From an uncultured cyanobacterium (GTDB taxonomy: Bacteria; Cyanobacteriota; Cyanobacteriia; Cyanobacteriales; Microcystaceae), in the NCBI GenBank assembly GCA_963807635.1, contig CAWEDJ010000003.1, positions 1 through 24,669 on the forward strand: DNA of 24,669 nt. Direction: 5' to 3'. Below the pieces are notes generated by a model that did not search any database, was not told the DNA's origin, and saw only the letters and a program-made list of their open reading frames with translations. Made by a program: the position numbers and the translations under genes. The stretch's first letter is position 1; every line of letters begins with the position of its first letter. Of the stretch, positions 12,330-21,663 are shown one piece after another.

Positions 12330-12849
12330 CGAAATTTTTACCAGTCATTTAGCGGCGGCTAGTCCTGCTTTCAAGAGTAAAGTGGGAGCCAGCAAAGATC
12401 CTAATTGGGGTTTTCAAGTATTAAAAGGCCCTAAAAATGACGGTGTCGCGGCTCTCGTTAAACAAACCGATGGCGCGATCGGCTATGTCCAAGATACCTA
12501 TGCCCGTAAGAATGAAGGCCCAACGATGCAAACGGCTAAAATTCAAAATAAAGCAGGTAAATTCGTTGAACCTAGCTTAAAAGAAGCCAATAATGCCATT
12601 GGTGGTGTGAAGTTTAATTCAGACTTTACAGCTGAGGTTTCTGATCCTGCAAAAGGTTATCCCATCGTAGGAATTACTTGGTTATTATTGAATCAAAAAT
12701 ATAAAGATTCTGCAAAAGCGGCTGATGTCAAAAAGCTCGTTAAATGGATTCTGACGGATGGTCAAAAAATCAACGACGATCTCGAATATACCGCCATTCC
12801 CCCAGGTGTCGCTAAAAAGGCGATCGGGGCAGTGGATAAAATCAAATAA
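12324..12849 (+). CDS. pstS: Phosphate-binding protein PstS, C-terminal part (5'-truncated at the fold-back junction)
   Basis: TTEIFTSHL...GAIGYV...YPIVGITWLLL...AVDKIK*; lies upstream of pstCAB. Confidence 0.93.
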
Positions 12850-12884
12850 TTATCTGGACTTATTAACCGCTCAAGTCGTTTGAA

Positions 12885-13032
12885 AGTCCCCCTTATCAAG
12901 AGAGACTGTGTACACCAATCTCTTTGCATCCCTAAAAGTTTGATCCCCCTGCCTACGGCATCTCCCTTAAAAAGAGGGACTAAGTTATTAATAAGAATCT
13001 AGTCCCCCTTATCAAGGGGGGTAGGGGTGATC
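12885..13032. repeat. REP-like palindromic repeat cluster (CCCCCTT-N3-AAGGGGG type) between pstS and pstC
   Basis: Three related hairpins: AGTCCCCCTTATCAAGAGAGACT (12885), TCTCCCTTAAAAAGAGGGACT (12961) and AGTCCCCCTTATCAAGGGGGG (13001). The last two are framed by GATCCCCCT...AGGGGTGATC. Confidence 0.8.
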
Positions 13033-13143
13033 AAAACGCTCAAAGATAGAAAAAAAGAATTCTGTGAAAACAGATCTTTAGAACAGAGAGATTTAATTTC
13101 ATAAAATCTTCAAGCATTATTTATTTAAAATCTAAACCCTAAA

Positions 13144-14121
13144 ATGGTTAATCAGGTACTACCGAAACCCCAACTTGAGACGGAAGATATTAGTCAAAGC
13201 AGAGGTAATGCTCATTGGTTTGACCATGCTTTTACAGGCTTAGTTTGGTTTTGTGCATTATCCGTTGCGATTATTCTTTGTTGGCTAGGTTGGGTTGTTT
13301 TTCAAATGCCCATCCAGCTATTAAAACCTTTGGTTTATCCTTCTTTTTTAGTCAAGATTGGACAATATCAGAAAATAAATTCGGTGGTCTTCCCTATATT
13401 TACGGCTCTATTGTCAGTTCTTTAATTGCGCTGATCTTTTCGGTTCCCTTGGGATTATCCGTTGCTATTCTTACCAGTGAAAACCTGCTTCCTAATTGGA
13501 TCAAAACACCCATTGGCTTCATGGTGGAATTAATTGCCTCTATTCCCAGCGTTATTGTCGGGTTATGGGGTATTTTTGTTTTTATTCCTTTATTCAATCC
13601 TCTACAAAAATGGTTATTTGCCCATTTCGCCTGGTTACCCTTTTTTAATTCCGAACCCTTTTGACCGATCAATGCTGATTGCGGGTTTGATCTTAGCGAT
13701 CATGATTTTGCCCACGATCGCCGCCATTAGCCGAGATGTATTACTGGCCATTCCGCCTCAGTTACGCAGTGCGTCTATGTCCTTGGGAGCCACTCGTTGG
13801 GAAACGATTTGGAGAGTCTTGTTACCTGCGGCTAGTTCAGGAATTGTGGGAGCCATTATTTTGGGATTAGGGCGTGCCTTGGGCGAAACAATGGCTGTAA
13901 CAATGGTAATTGGCAATTCTAATGTGATTGCGATTTCTTTATTAGCTCCTGGTTACACGATTCCCGCCGTTTTAGCCAATCAGTTCGCCGAAGCCGTTGA
14001 AGAATTACATATTGGTGCGTTAATGTACCTAGCTTTGATCCTTTTTGTGATTACCCTAATCGTGAATAGTATTGCGATTTTATTAGTTCAATTTATCAAT
14101 AGAAAGCGAAATATTGCCTAA
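13144..14121 (+). CDS. pstC: Phosphate ABC transporter permease PstC (apparent frameshifts near 13305 and 13660)
   Basis: Three overlapping ORF fragments reconstruct the 325-aa protein encoded at 10509..11486. Confidence 0.93.
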
Positions 14122-14147
14122 ATTGCTTTAAATAGCAAGACATCTCT

Positions 14148-15035
14148 ATGAATAATCTACGACCAACCAATGAAACCCTCGATCAGCCCTTACCCTTTAC
14201 CCGTTCTTTTTTTGCTATCGGCATGACGGTTTTGGCGTTTGTTTTAACGGCGATCGCGCTTTTACCCTTGTTTGCCATGATCTTGTCCATTGTGAGTCAG
14301 GGATTGCCCAAATTTTCCTGGGAAGTTTTTACCTCTCTTCCTGCCGCAATAGGTGAAGAAAATCAGCCCAATGGTTTTGCTAATGCGATCGTCGGAACCT
14401 TAACGATGGTGGGTTTAGCGGCCTTGGTCAGTGTGCCATTTGGAGTGATGACGGGGATCTTTCTGTCGGAATTTGCGGCAGGTTCCAAAATTGCTAATGC
14501 TATTCGTTTTATGACGGTATTACTAAGTAGTGTCCCTTCGGTGATTGTGGGAGTTTTTGCCTACGCCGTTCTGGTGATTACCACTAAGCAATTTTCCGCG
14601 ATCGCGGGGGGATTTGCTTTGGCGGTGATCATGTTACCCATTGTTTCTCTCACCACTGAAGAAGCTCTGAAACTCGTTCCTGTTCCCTATCGTATGGGAT
14701 CTGCTGCGTTGGGGGGAACGAAATTTCAAACGACTTTTAAAATTATTTTACCTGCTGCCCTGTCGGGAATTACAACAGGGGTCTTACTGGCAGTCGCTCG
14801 TGCGGCGGGAGAAACGGCTCCTTTGATGTTTACCGCCCTATTTAGTCAGTTTTGGCAAGAGGGTTTGATGAGTCCCACTCCTTCTTTGCCGGTTTTAATT
14901 TATCAATACGCCAGTTCCCCTTTTCCCGAACAAAACGCAATCGCCTGGACAGCATCTTTAGTTTTATTGTTATTAGTGTTAGTCATTAGTTTACTATCCC
15001 GTTTATTTACCCGTAATCGTTTACAAACTCGTTAA
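14148..15035 (+). CDS. pstA: Phosphate ABC transporter permease PstA (295 aa, intact)
   Basis: VPSVIVGVFAY, TTEEALKLVP, GVLLAVARAAGETAPL; multiple TM segments. Confidence 0.96.
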   Translation: MNNLRPTNETLDQPLPFTRSFFAIGMTVLAFVLTAIALLPLFAMILSIVSQGLPKFSWEVFTSLPAAIGEENQPNGFANAIVGTLTMVGLAALVSVPFGVMTGIFLSEFAAGSKIANAIRFMTVLLSSVPSVIVGVFAYAVLVITTKQFSAIAGGFALAVIMLPIVSLTTEEALKLVPVPYRMGSAALGGTKFQTTFKIILPAALSGITTGVLLAVARAAGETAPLMFTALFSQFWQEGLMSPTPSLPVLIYQYASSPFPEQNAIAWTASLVLLLLVLVISLLSRLFTRNRLQTR

Positions 15036-15047
15036 TTACAAGCTACT

Positions 15048-15878
15048 ATGGTTTCTTCATCATCCTATTCTACCAGTTCAAAAGTCATGAATAATCCCCT
15101 TAATAGTCCCGAACCCGCTATTAATATTACGGGTTTATCCTTTTTCTATGGGACTAAAAAAGTTTTAGAAGGAGTCTCCTTGCTCATTCCCCAACAACAA
15201 GTCACCGCCATGATTGGCCCTTCTGGTTGTGGTAAATCCACCCTATTAAAAGCTCTGAATCGGATTGGAGAATTAGAAGGAAGTGTCAAAGTAACGGGAA
15301 AAGTCGAATTTTTGGGTCAGGATATTTACGGAAAAAAGGTTAACTTAAATACCCTACGTCGTCAAATTGGCATGGTTTTTCAACGTCCAAATCCCTTTCC
15401 CGCCAGTATTTACGATAATGTGGCTTACGGCGTGAGAATTGCCGAGAATAAAAATAGGGGAGAACTTGATGAAATTGTGGAATCTGCCCTAGTGGGGGCG
15501 GCTCTCTGGAATGAGGTCAAAGATAGTCTGCATAAATCGGCTTTGGGTTTATCGGGGGGACAACAGCAACGACTCTGTATTGCCCGTGCGTTGGCCGTTA
15601 AGCCCAAGGTTTTGTTGATGGATGAACCCTGTTCTGCCCTCGATCCCATTTCTACTCTCAAGGTTGAAGAGTTAATTAAAACCCTCAAAAGTCAATTAAC
15701 GATCGCGATCGTTACCCACAATATGCAGCAAGCTTCACGGGTATCGGACTATACGGCCTTTTTTAATGCTGATGAAAGTCGTATTGGGCAACTCGTGGAA
15801 TTTGACACAACCGAGAAAATTTTTACCGATCCGACCGATTTACAAACCCGTGATTATGTAGCGGGACGTTTTGGTTAA
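15048..15878 (+). CDS. pstB: Phosphate ABC transporter ATP-binding protein (intact; start could be the ATG at 15087)
   Basis: Walker [22 protein letters not shown], signature [15 protein letters not shown], Walker B LLMDEP, H-loop VTHNMQQA. Confidence 0.97.
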   Translation: MVSSSSYSTSSKVMNNPLNSPEPAINITGLSFFYGTKKVLEGVSLLIPQQQVTAMIGPSGCGKSTLLKALNRIGELEGSVKVTGKVEFLGQDIYGKKVNLNTLRRQIGMVFQRPNPFPASIYDNVAYGVRIAENKNRGELDEIVESALVGAALWNEVKDSLHKSALGLSGGQQQRLCIARALAVKPKVLLMDEPCSALDPISTLKVEELIKTLKSQLTIAIVTHNMQQASRVSDYTAFFNADESRIGQLVEFDTTEKIFTDPTDLQTRDYVAGRFG

Positions 15879-15879
15879 G

Positions 15880-15905
15880 TAGAGGTAATTCATGAATTGC
15901 CCCTA
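15880..15905. repeat. Short palindromic REP-like element right after the pstB stop (mirror at ~8729..8754)
   Basis: TAGAGGTAATTCATGAATTGCCCCTA with the perfect core AATTCATGAATT. Confidence 0.65.
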
Positions 15906-15908
15906 TTC

Positions 15909-15943
15909 AAAAAAAAATTCCTTGCTAGAAATAACAAGGAATT
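15909..15943 (-). terminator. Probable intrinsic terminator of the minus-strand small gene
   Basis: A run, then stem AATTCCTTG(15916-15924)/CAAGGAATT(15935-15943), giving hairpin plus U tract on the minus strand. Confidence 0.65.
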
Positions 15944-15965
15944 GGAGCAAAAACATCTAAAAAAC

Positions 15966-16169
15966 TCAGTAGGCTAGGGTTTCAAGGGTCTGTCGTAGGT
16001 AGTGACGCACTTGAAAATCCAGGGAGCGGGAAAGATCAGTGCTTTCAGGCGTTTGTTCTTCTTGCCAACATTTAAAACCAGAACTGTTGGCGATCGCTTG
16101 CTTGAGGCTTTCCCAAACCGACGAATCATCGTGGACGGGGGCGTTGGCAATTAGGGTAGCAGTGGTCAT
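15966..16169 (-). CDS. Small conserved cyanobacterial hypothetical protein (67 aa)
   Basis: WESLKQAIANSSGFKCWQ...VRHYLRQTLETLAY resembles a widespread cyanobacterial small protein (recall). It has an SD-like sequence and a terminator. Confidence 0.75.
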   Translation of the reverse strand: MTTATLIANAPVHDDSSVWESLKQAIANSSGFKCWQEEQTPESTDLSRSLDFQVRHYLRQTLETLAY

Positions 16170-16421
16170 TTCTATTCCTCTCTCTCTCGAAAACTTTTAA
16201 TGCACTTACTCCTACACCATAACCTAGATTCCTAGAATCGAAATGATATACAGGACACATTTATTAAAAAAATATTAAAAATTGTCAATTTAAGTAAATT
16301 TTTTAGAACTATTACAAAGCTTAATCAAACAAGCTTTATTCCGATTTGTTGAGCTAAGATAGGCTTAAATAGCAAAAAAGTTTGTTATTCATTCTTTAAG
16401 GATAAACTCCCCATCGCAACC

Positions 16422-16841
16422 ATGAATCCTGTTTTACTTTGGATCATTGCTGGATCTGTCCTCTGCTTTACGGAAGCGGTTTTTCCTGTTGCTTTTGTTG
16501 CTTTGATGATGGGCATAAGCGCGATCGCAGTGGCCTTAATTGCCTTAGTCATTCCCAGCTTTGGGATACAAGTTACGCTGTGGTTATTCTTTTCAACGCT
16601 CCTGATCATTGTTTCCCGTCGATTTATGCCTGTTCGTTCAACGAAACTTAAACAAAATGACGCGATCGCAGGAGAAACCCTGACTGCCATTGAGCCAGGA
16701 CAAACGGGGAGAGTCTTGTATGAAGGAAATTCCTGGAGAGCCGAATGTGAAGATCAAGAGGTTACGATTGCCGCTTCCCAAAAAGTCTATGTAGTCGGAA
16801 GAAAAGGCAATACCTTAATTGTTTATCCGATACTTGATTAA
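16422..16841 (+). CDS. Short NfeD-like protein
   Basis: Identical in translation to 7798..8217. Confidence 0.9.
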   Translation: MNPVLLWIIAGSVLCFTEAVFPVAFVALMMGISAIAVALIALVIPSFGIQVTLWLFFSTLLIIVSRRFMPVRSTKLKQNDAIAGETLTAIEPGQTGRVLYEGNSWRAECEDQEVTIAASQKVYVVGRKGNTLIVYPILD

Positions 16842-16915
16842 TCGATGAATGAGTTTAAGCTTTGCCCATTAGTTAACATTAGTGATTAGTATTTATCTAA
16901 AAATCTGGAGATTTT

Positions 16916-17886
16916 ATGGAAGGTGTATTCTTTTTATTTGCCTTAGCCTTTGGTGGTTCAGCTCTGTTTAGTTCCGTTAAAATTGTCAATGAAAAAAATG
17001 AATATTTGGTCGAAAGATTAGGAAGTTATAACAAAAAATTAGAGCCAGGTTTAAATTTTGTTTTTCCCTTTTTAGATAAAGTCGTTTATCAGCAAACCAC
17101 CCGCGAAAAAGTCCTGGATATTCCCCCTCAATCCTGTATTACCAAAGACAATGTTTCCATCACGGTCGATGCCGTTGTTTATTGGCGCATAGTTGATATG
17201 GAAAAAGCCTACTATAAGGTTGAAAATCTGCAAGCGGCGATGGTCAACCTTGTTTTAACGCAAATTCGCTCTGAAGTTGGTCAATTGGAACTCGATCAAA
17301 CCTTTACCGCCCGTTCTGAAATCAATGAAATCCTCCTGCGAGATTTAGATGTGGCAACCGATCCCTGGGGCGTAAAAGTGACGCGGGTAGAACTACGAGA
17401 TATTTTGCCCTCTAAAGCCGTTTTAGAATCAATGGAACTGCAAATGACCGCAGAACGCAAAAAACGAGCCGCCATTTTAACTTCGGAAGGAGAACGAGAC
17501 TCTGCTATTAATTCCGCCCAGGGTCAGCCCAAGCCAGTATTTTAGATGCAGAAGCGATGAAAAAATCGGCAATTCTGAAAGCAGAAGCAGAACGTCAGCA
17601 ACAAATTCTCAAGGCGGAAGCGATCGCGTTAGCCATTAATATCATTACCGAAAAATTAAGCACGGATAACAAAGCCAAGGAAGCCCTACAATTTTTACTC
17701 GCTCAAAATTATCTCGATATGGGAACAACCATTGGGCGCAGTGAAAGCAGTAAAGTCCTGTTCATGGATCCCCGCAGTATTGCCTCCACCCTCGAAGGAA
17801 TGCGATCGGTGATTGGCTCTGATGCTCAAAATGATCCGTTAATTCAAGCCTTGGAAAAAGTGGATAGCTTCAAGCATAACTCTTAA
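16916..17886 (+). CDS. SPFH/band-7 stomatin-like protein (apparent 1-nt deletion near 17527)
   Basis: ORFs 16916..17545 and 17557..17886 match the intact 323-aa mirror copy. Confidence 0.93.
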
Positions 17887-18045
17887 AAATTCGGCAAATT
17901 GAATCAATCTACCAATCCGAATTTGCCCTCACATCCCAATGGATTATTTTCATAGGACTATTTTTGACGCTCTCCTAAGCCCAGGATCGGTTATGATCGC
18001 ACTCATTCTCCTTAACCTTTCCCAGAAACCGTTAATCTTGGTCAA

Positions 18046-20716
18046 ATGAAAGAAAATCGCTACAACCTCTCTCGTTGGGCCATTAATCATTCCTGGCTGA
18101 CCATTGGCTTCTGGTTAGCGATCGCCGTTGCGGGTTTATTCGCCTTAAGTTCTCTCAAATACGCCCTCTTTCCTGAAGTCACCTTTCCCGTCGTCATTGT
18201 CAATGGAACAATTGCCCTAGAAACAGCAGAACTAACAGAAACTCAACTCACCGTACCGCTAGAAAAACGACTGCAACCGTTACCACAAACCACCCTCTAT
18301 TCCTCTACCTATGCAGGGCGATCAGTCCTCAGTATTGCCTTTGATGCGGGTTTAAATCTCGAAAGTTCAACAGAAACCGTTAAAAAAGCTCTCAAATCTC
18401 TCCCCTTACCTGCTGGAGCCAAAATTGAAATTTTTCCCTTCAATCTCAATGAATCCAGTGCCGTTACCTACGCGATCGCACCTTCGACCCAATCCTTAGA
18501 AGAACTCAGTCAGCTTGCTAAAACGAAAATTATTCCCGCTCTTAGTCAATTATCGGGCGTTTTGACCGTCAATTTGTTAGGAGATGCCGATTTTAGGGAA
18601 ATATCCGATGCAAGCGTCCCCGATGCCAATCCTCCTACCCTCACCCGTTTGAATGGCAAAGATGTCCTAGCGGTTCAGGTAATCAAAAAAGGATTGGCCA
18701 ATACCCTAGAAGTGGTGAAATCTGCCCAAAAAACCATTGAAACTTTACAAAATCAATTTCCAGCCATTCAGTTTACCCTAGCCGAAACCCAGGCGGACTA
18801 TATTCGAGAAGCGACGAATGCCACCCTTGAATCGTTGTTTGGGGCGATTTTTTTAGCAGTTTTAGTGATTTATCCCTTTTTACGGAGTTGGTGGGCGACC
18901 CTGATTACCGCGATCGCCATTCCCCTGTCTCTCTTGGGAACGTTTATTGTGATGGCAATTTTGGGTTTAAATCTGGAAACGTTAACCCTATTGGCCACTC
19001 GCCCTGGTGATTGGCATTGTGGTGGATGATGCGATCGTGGATGTAGAAAATATTAGCCGTCACATCGAAGCAGGAGAAACGCCCCGCCAAGCCGCGATCC
19101 TGGCCACCGAAGAGATCGGATTAACGGTTTCGGCGACCAGTTTATCGATTGTTGCCGTATTTTTGCCGATCGCCTTGATGGGGGGCAGTTTAGGGCAATT
19201 TTTTAAACCCTTTGCCTTTACGGTCGCCAGTGCGGTGATTTTTTCTCTGTTGGTGGCACGGACACTTTCCCCAGTTTTATCGGTCTTGTGGTTACGAAAA
19301 AAAGATAAGCCTTCTTCTGAAAAAAGTTTTAATTCAAAGGTTACGCACTACTCATCGAAATGCCAAACGCTCTATCGTCAGGTCTTAGATTGGTCATTGC
19401 GCCATCGTCCGACGGTTATAGGAATCGCGATCGCTAGTTTAATCGCAGGACTGGCCCTAATTCCCCTCATTCCCCAGGGTTTTATTCCTGTTTTAGACCG
19501 AGGAGAATTTAATGTCATCTACACGCCCGCATTGCCTAACCTCGCGGGAAAATTCAAACCTCAAGCTGAAAAAAACGCTACGGAAAGTTCTGGAGCCTTT
19601 GATTGGGTTGGTGATATTGCCCAATCTCCCGAAGGCTTTTTGTTAAGGAGGACTCATCGCACTGCCGAAAAACTAGAGCCGACGATTTTAGCCCTACCCG
19701 AAACTCAGTCCATTTTTACGAAAATGCGCCTACAAGGCAATCCCCTCAAAGGCAAAATCTATGTCCAACTCAAGGGCGATCGGGTACTCAAAACTAGCCA
19801 AATCCAAGAAAATTTACGTCAATCCTTACCGAAACTTCCCAAGGTGACGACCAGTGTGGAAGATATTTTATTTGTGCAAACAGGGGATGATAGTCCCTTA
19901 AAAGTGGCATTAATGGGCGAGGATCTAAACCTTTTACAAACAACGGCGGAAAAATTAAAAACCAAAGTCGAAAAAATCCCTGGTTTAATTCAAATCAAAC
20001 TCACAGGCATCACGGAAAATGGCGATAGTATTGAACATTTCAAGGGAAAAAGAGCAGTTTATCTCAGTGCCAATCTCGCCCCCAACTATACCCTGGGAGA
20101 AATCACCACCGAGGTCGAGAGCCTAGCCCAATCCCTCTTACCAACGGGAGTCAGTCTTGAACTCCAGGGAGATTCCGCCAGAATCGGTAAAGTTTTTACT
20201 GAGTTTGCGATCGCCCTCCTGCTTTCTTTGGGGGGAATGTTGTTTGATCCTAGTCTTACTTTTCAGAAGTTTCTTGGAACCCCTTGTTATTGCCCTTTCC
20301 TTGCCCCTTTCCATCGTCGGAGCCATGTTAGGTTTATTGATTACCCAAAGCGATTTTGGCATGATTTCCTTGATTGGACTGATTTTTTTGTTGGGATTAT
20401 TGGATAAAAATGCGATTTTATTGATTGATTACGCAACCAACTCCGCAAAAAAGGATTTAACCGTCATGATGCCCTGTTAGAAACAGGAGTCGTCCGATTA
20501 CGCCCGATTTTGATGACCACCGCTTCAACAATTTGGGAATGTTGCCCCTGACTTTGAGGCTTCGGCGCAGAGCCGAATTGCGTCAACCCATGAGGCCGTA
20601 GCGATTATTGGCGGTCTGATTACCTCTTCTTCTGTGAGTTTGATTGCGGTTCCCGTTTATCTATACCCTGGTGGAAGATTTTTGGAAACAAAATACTTTT
20701 TAGATCCCGTTTTTAA
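18046..20716 (+). CDS. AcrB/AcrD/AcrF-family RND permease, short form (several apparent frameshifts)
   Basis: ORFs 18046..19029, 19007..20407 and 20157..20480 plus the tail match the mirror copy. Confidence 0.9.
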
Positions 20717-20784
20717 GGGTTTCAAATCCGGCAACGATCCTGTCAAGCTGAAACAGAGTTCAATTATCTGAGGAATGGAAAAGC

Positions 20785-20983
20785 ATGATTTTGTTACCTG
20801 GTGCAACGGTTCGTGCGACTAATCCCAATGATACTTACTATTGTTTTGAAGGACTCGTTCAACGGGTGAGTGATGGTAAGGCGGCTGTGCTTTTTGAAAA
20901 TGGAAATTGGGATAAAAATTGGTAGTACATTTCAACTGAAGGAATTAGCGGCTCTCGATCCGACGGTGAAGGGCAAAAAATAA
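20785..20983 (+). CDS. ndhS: NDH-1 subunit S, error-containing copy
   Basis: Mirror of 3658..3861 with indels; reads ...[13 protein letters not shown] at the 3' end. Confidence 0.85.
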
Positions 20984-21002
20984 AGGTTTCCTAATCATTG
21001 CC

Positions 21003-21663
21003 ATGCGTGCTTCTCTTCCCCAATTTACGGCGGATGATCGCCATCCCCATCACATTGCCGAGGTCATTGAAACGTCCACGATGGATTTTCTGGCCCAATG
21101 TTTGGAGCCTGAAGATTTGAATTTTCCTGTGATGCCGCCCTTTGGGAGTTGGATTAAGGCGATCGATGAGGAAACGGGCAATAAAATTTTTGCGGTGGTG
21201 AGTTATGTGACGACTTCTCCCATCCATTCTATTCATCGGGCGCGGGCGTTGGGTCTTTCGTTGGAGGAACTGCGGGAACAACAACCCCAAATTTTTGCAA
21301 TGTTAAAGACTGAGTTTCGGGCGGCGATCGTGGGGTTTGAGATGCCACCGACGGGACGCGATCGCCTGGCAACGGGGCAAATTTATCATTATCTTCCTCC
21401 CAACCGCCCCAAATTCATCAAGCGGTTTTTCAGTGCGATCAGGCAGAAATTATGGATTTTACGGATAAGCCTGATTTTTTGCGGGTATTGTTACAGGTAA
21501 CTGATGCCCCAGCCGATGCGTTGATTGCGGCGACAGTTCGGGATATTTATCGGTTACGAAAGGGCGATTGCTCTGGTTGGTGACGGTGGGAAGAAATTTG
21601 AGTTTGTTGTTGAAGGATGATTATGATCGATTGCGGTATATTTTGAGTCAGATTAGTTTTTAA
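21003..21663 (+). CDS. HAS-barrel domain protein (~220 aa; apparent frameshift near 21400)
   Basis: MRASLPQF...HIAEVIETST..FLAQCLEPEDLNFPVMPPFGSWIK; the C-terminus continues in another frame to ...DYDRLRYILSQISF*. Confidence 0.72.

Noticed and set aside
12290..12337. Hairpin telomere of a linear replicon
   Set aside because: The turn has an asymmetric 20-nt loop inside a coding motif, and there is no protelomerase, phage or plasmid gene in the window. Disfavoured, though not formally excluded without read data.
12885..13032. CRISPR array
   Set aside because: Only three degenerate hairpins with irregular spacing and orientation, no constant repeat-spacer period, and no cas genes.
8756..15878. 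Two divergent pst operons as a phosphate-scavenging adaptation
   Set aside because: The copies are the same sequence mirrored. Neither has the pstS 5' half, a signal peptide, a promoter or a Pho box, so neither could be expressed as shown.
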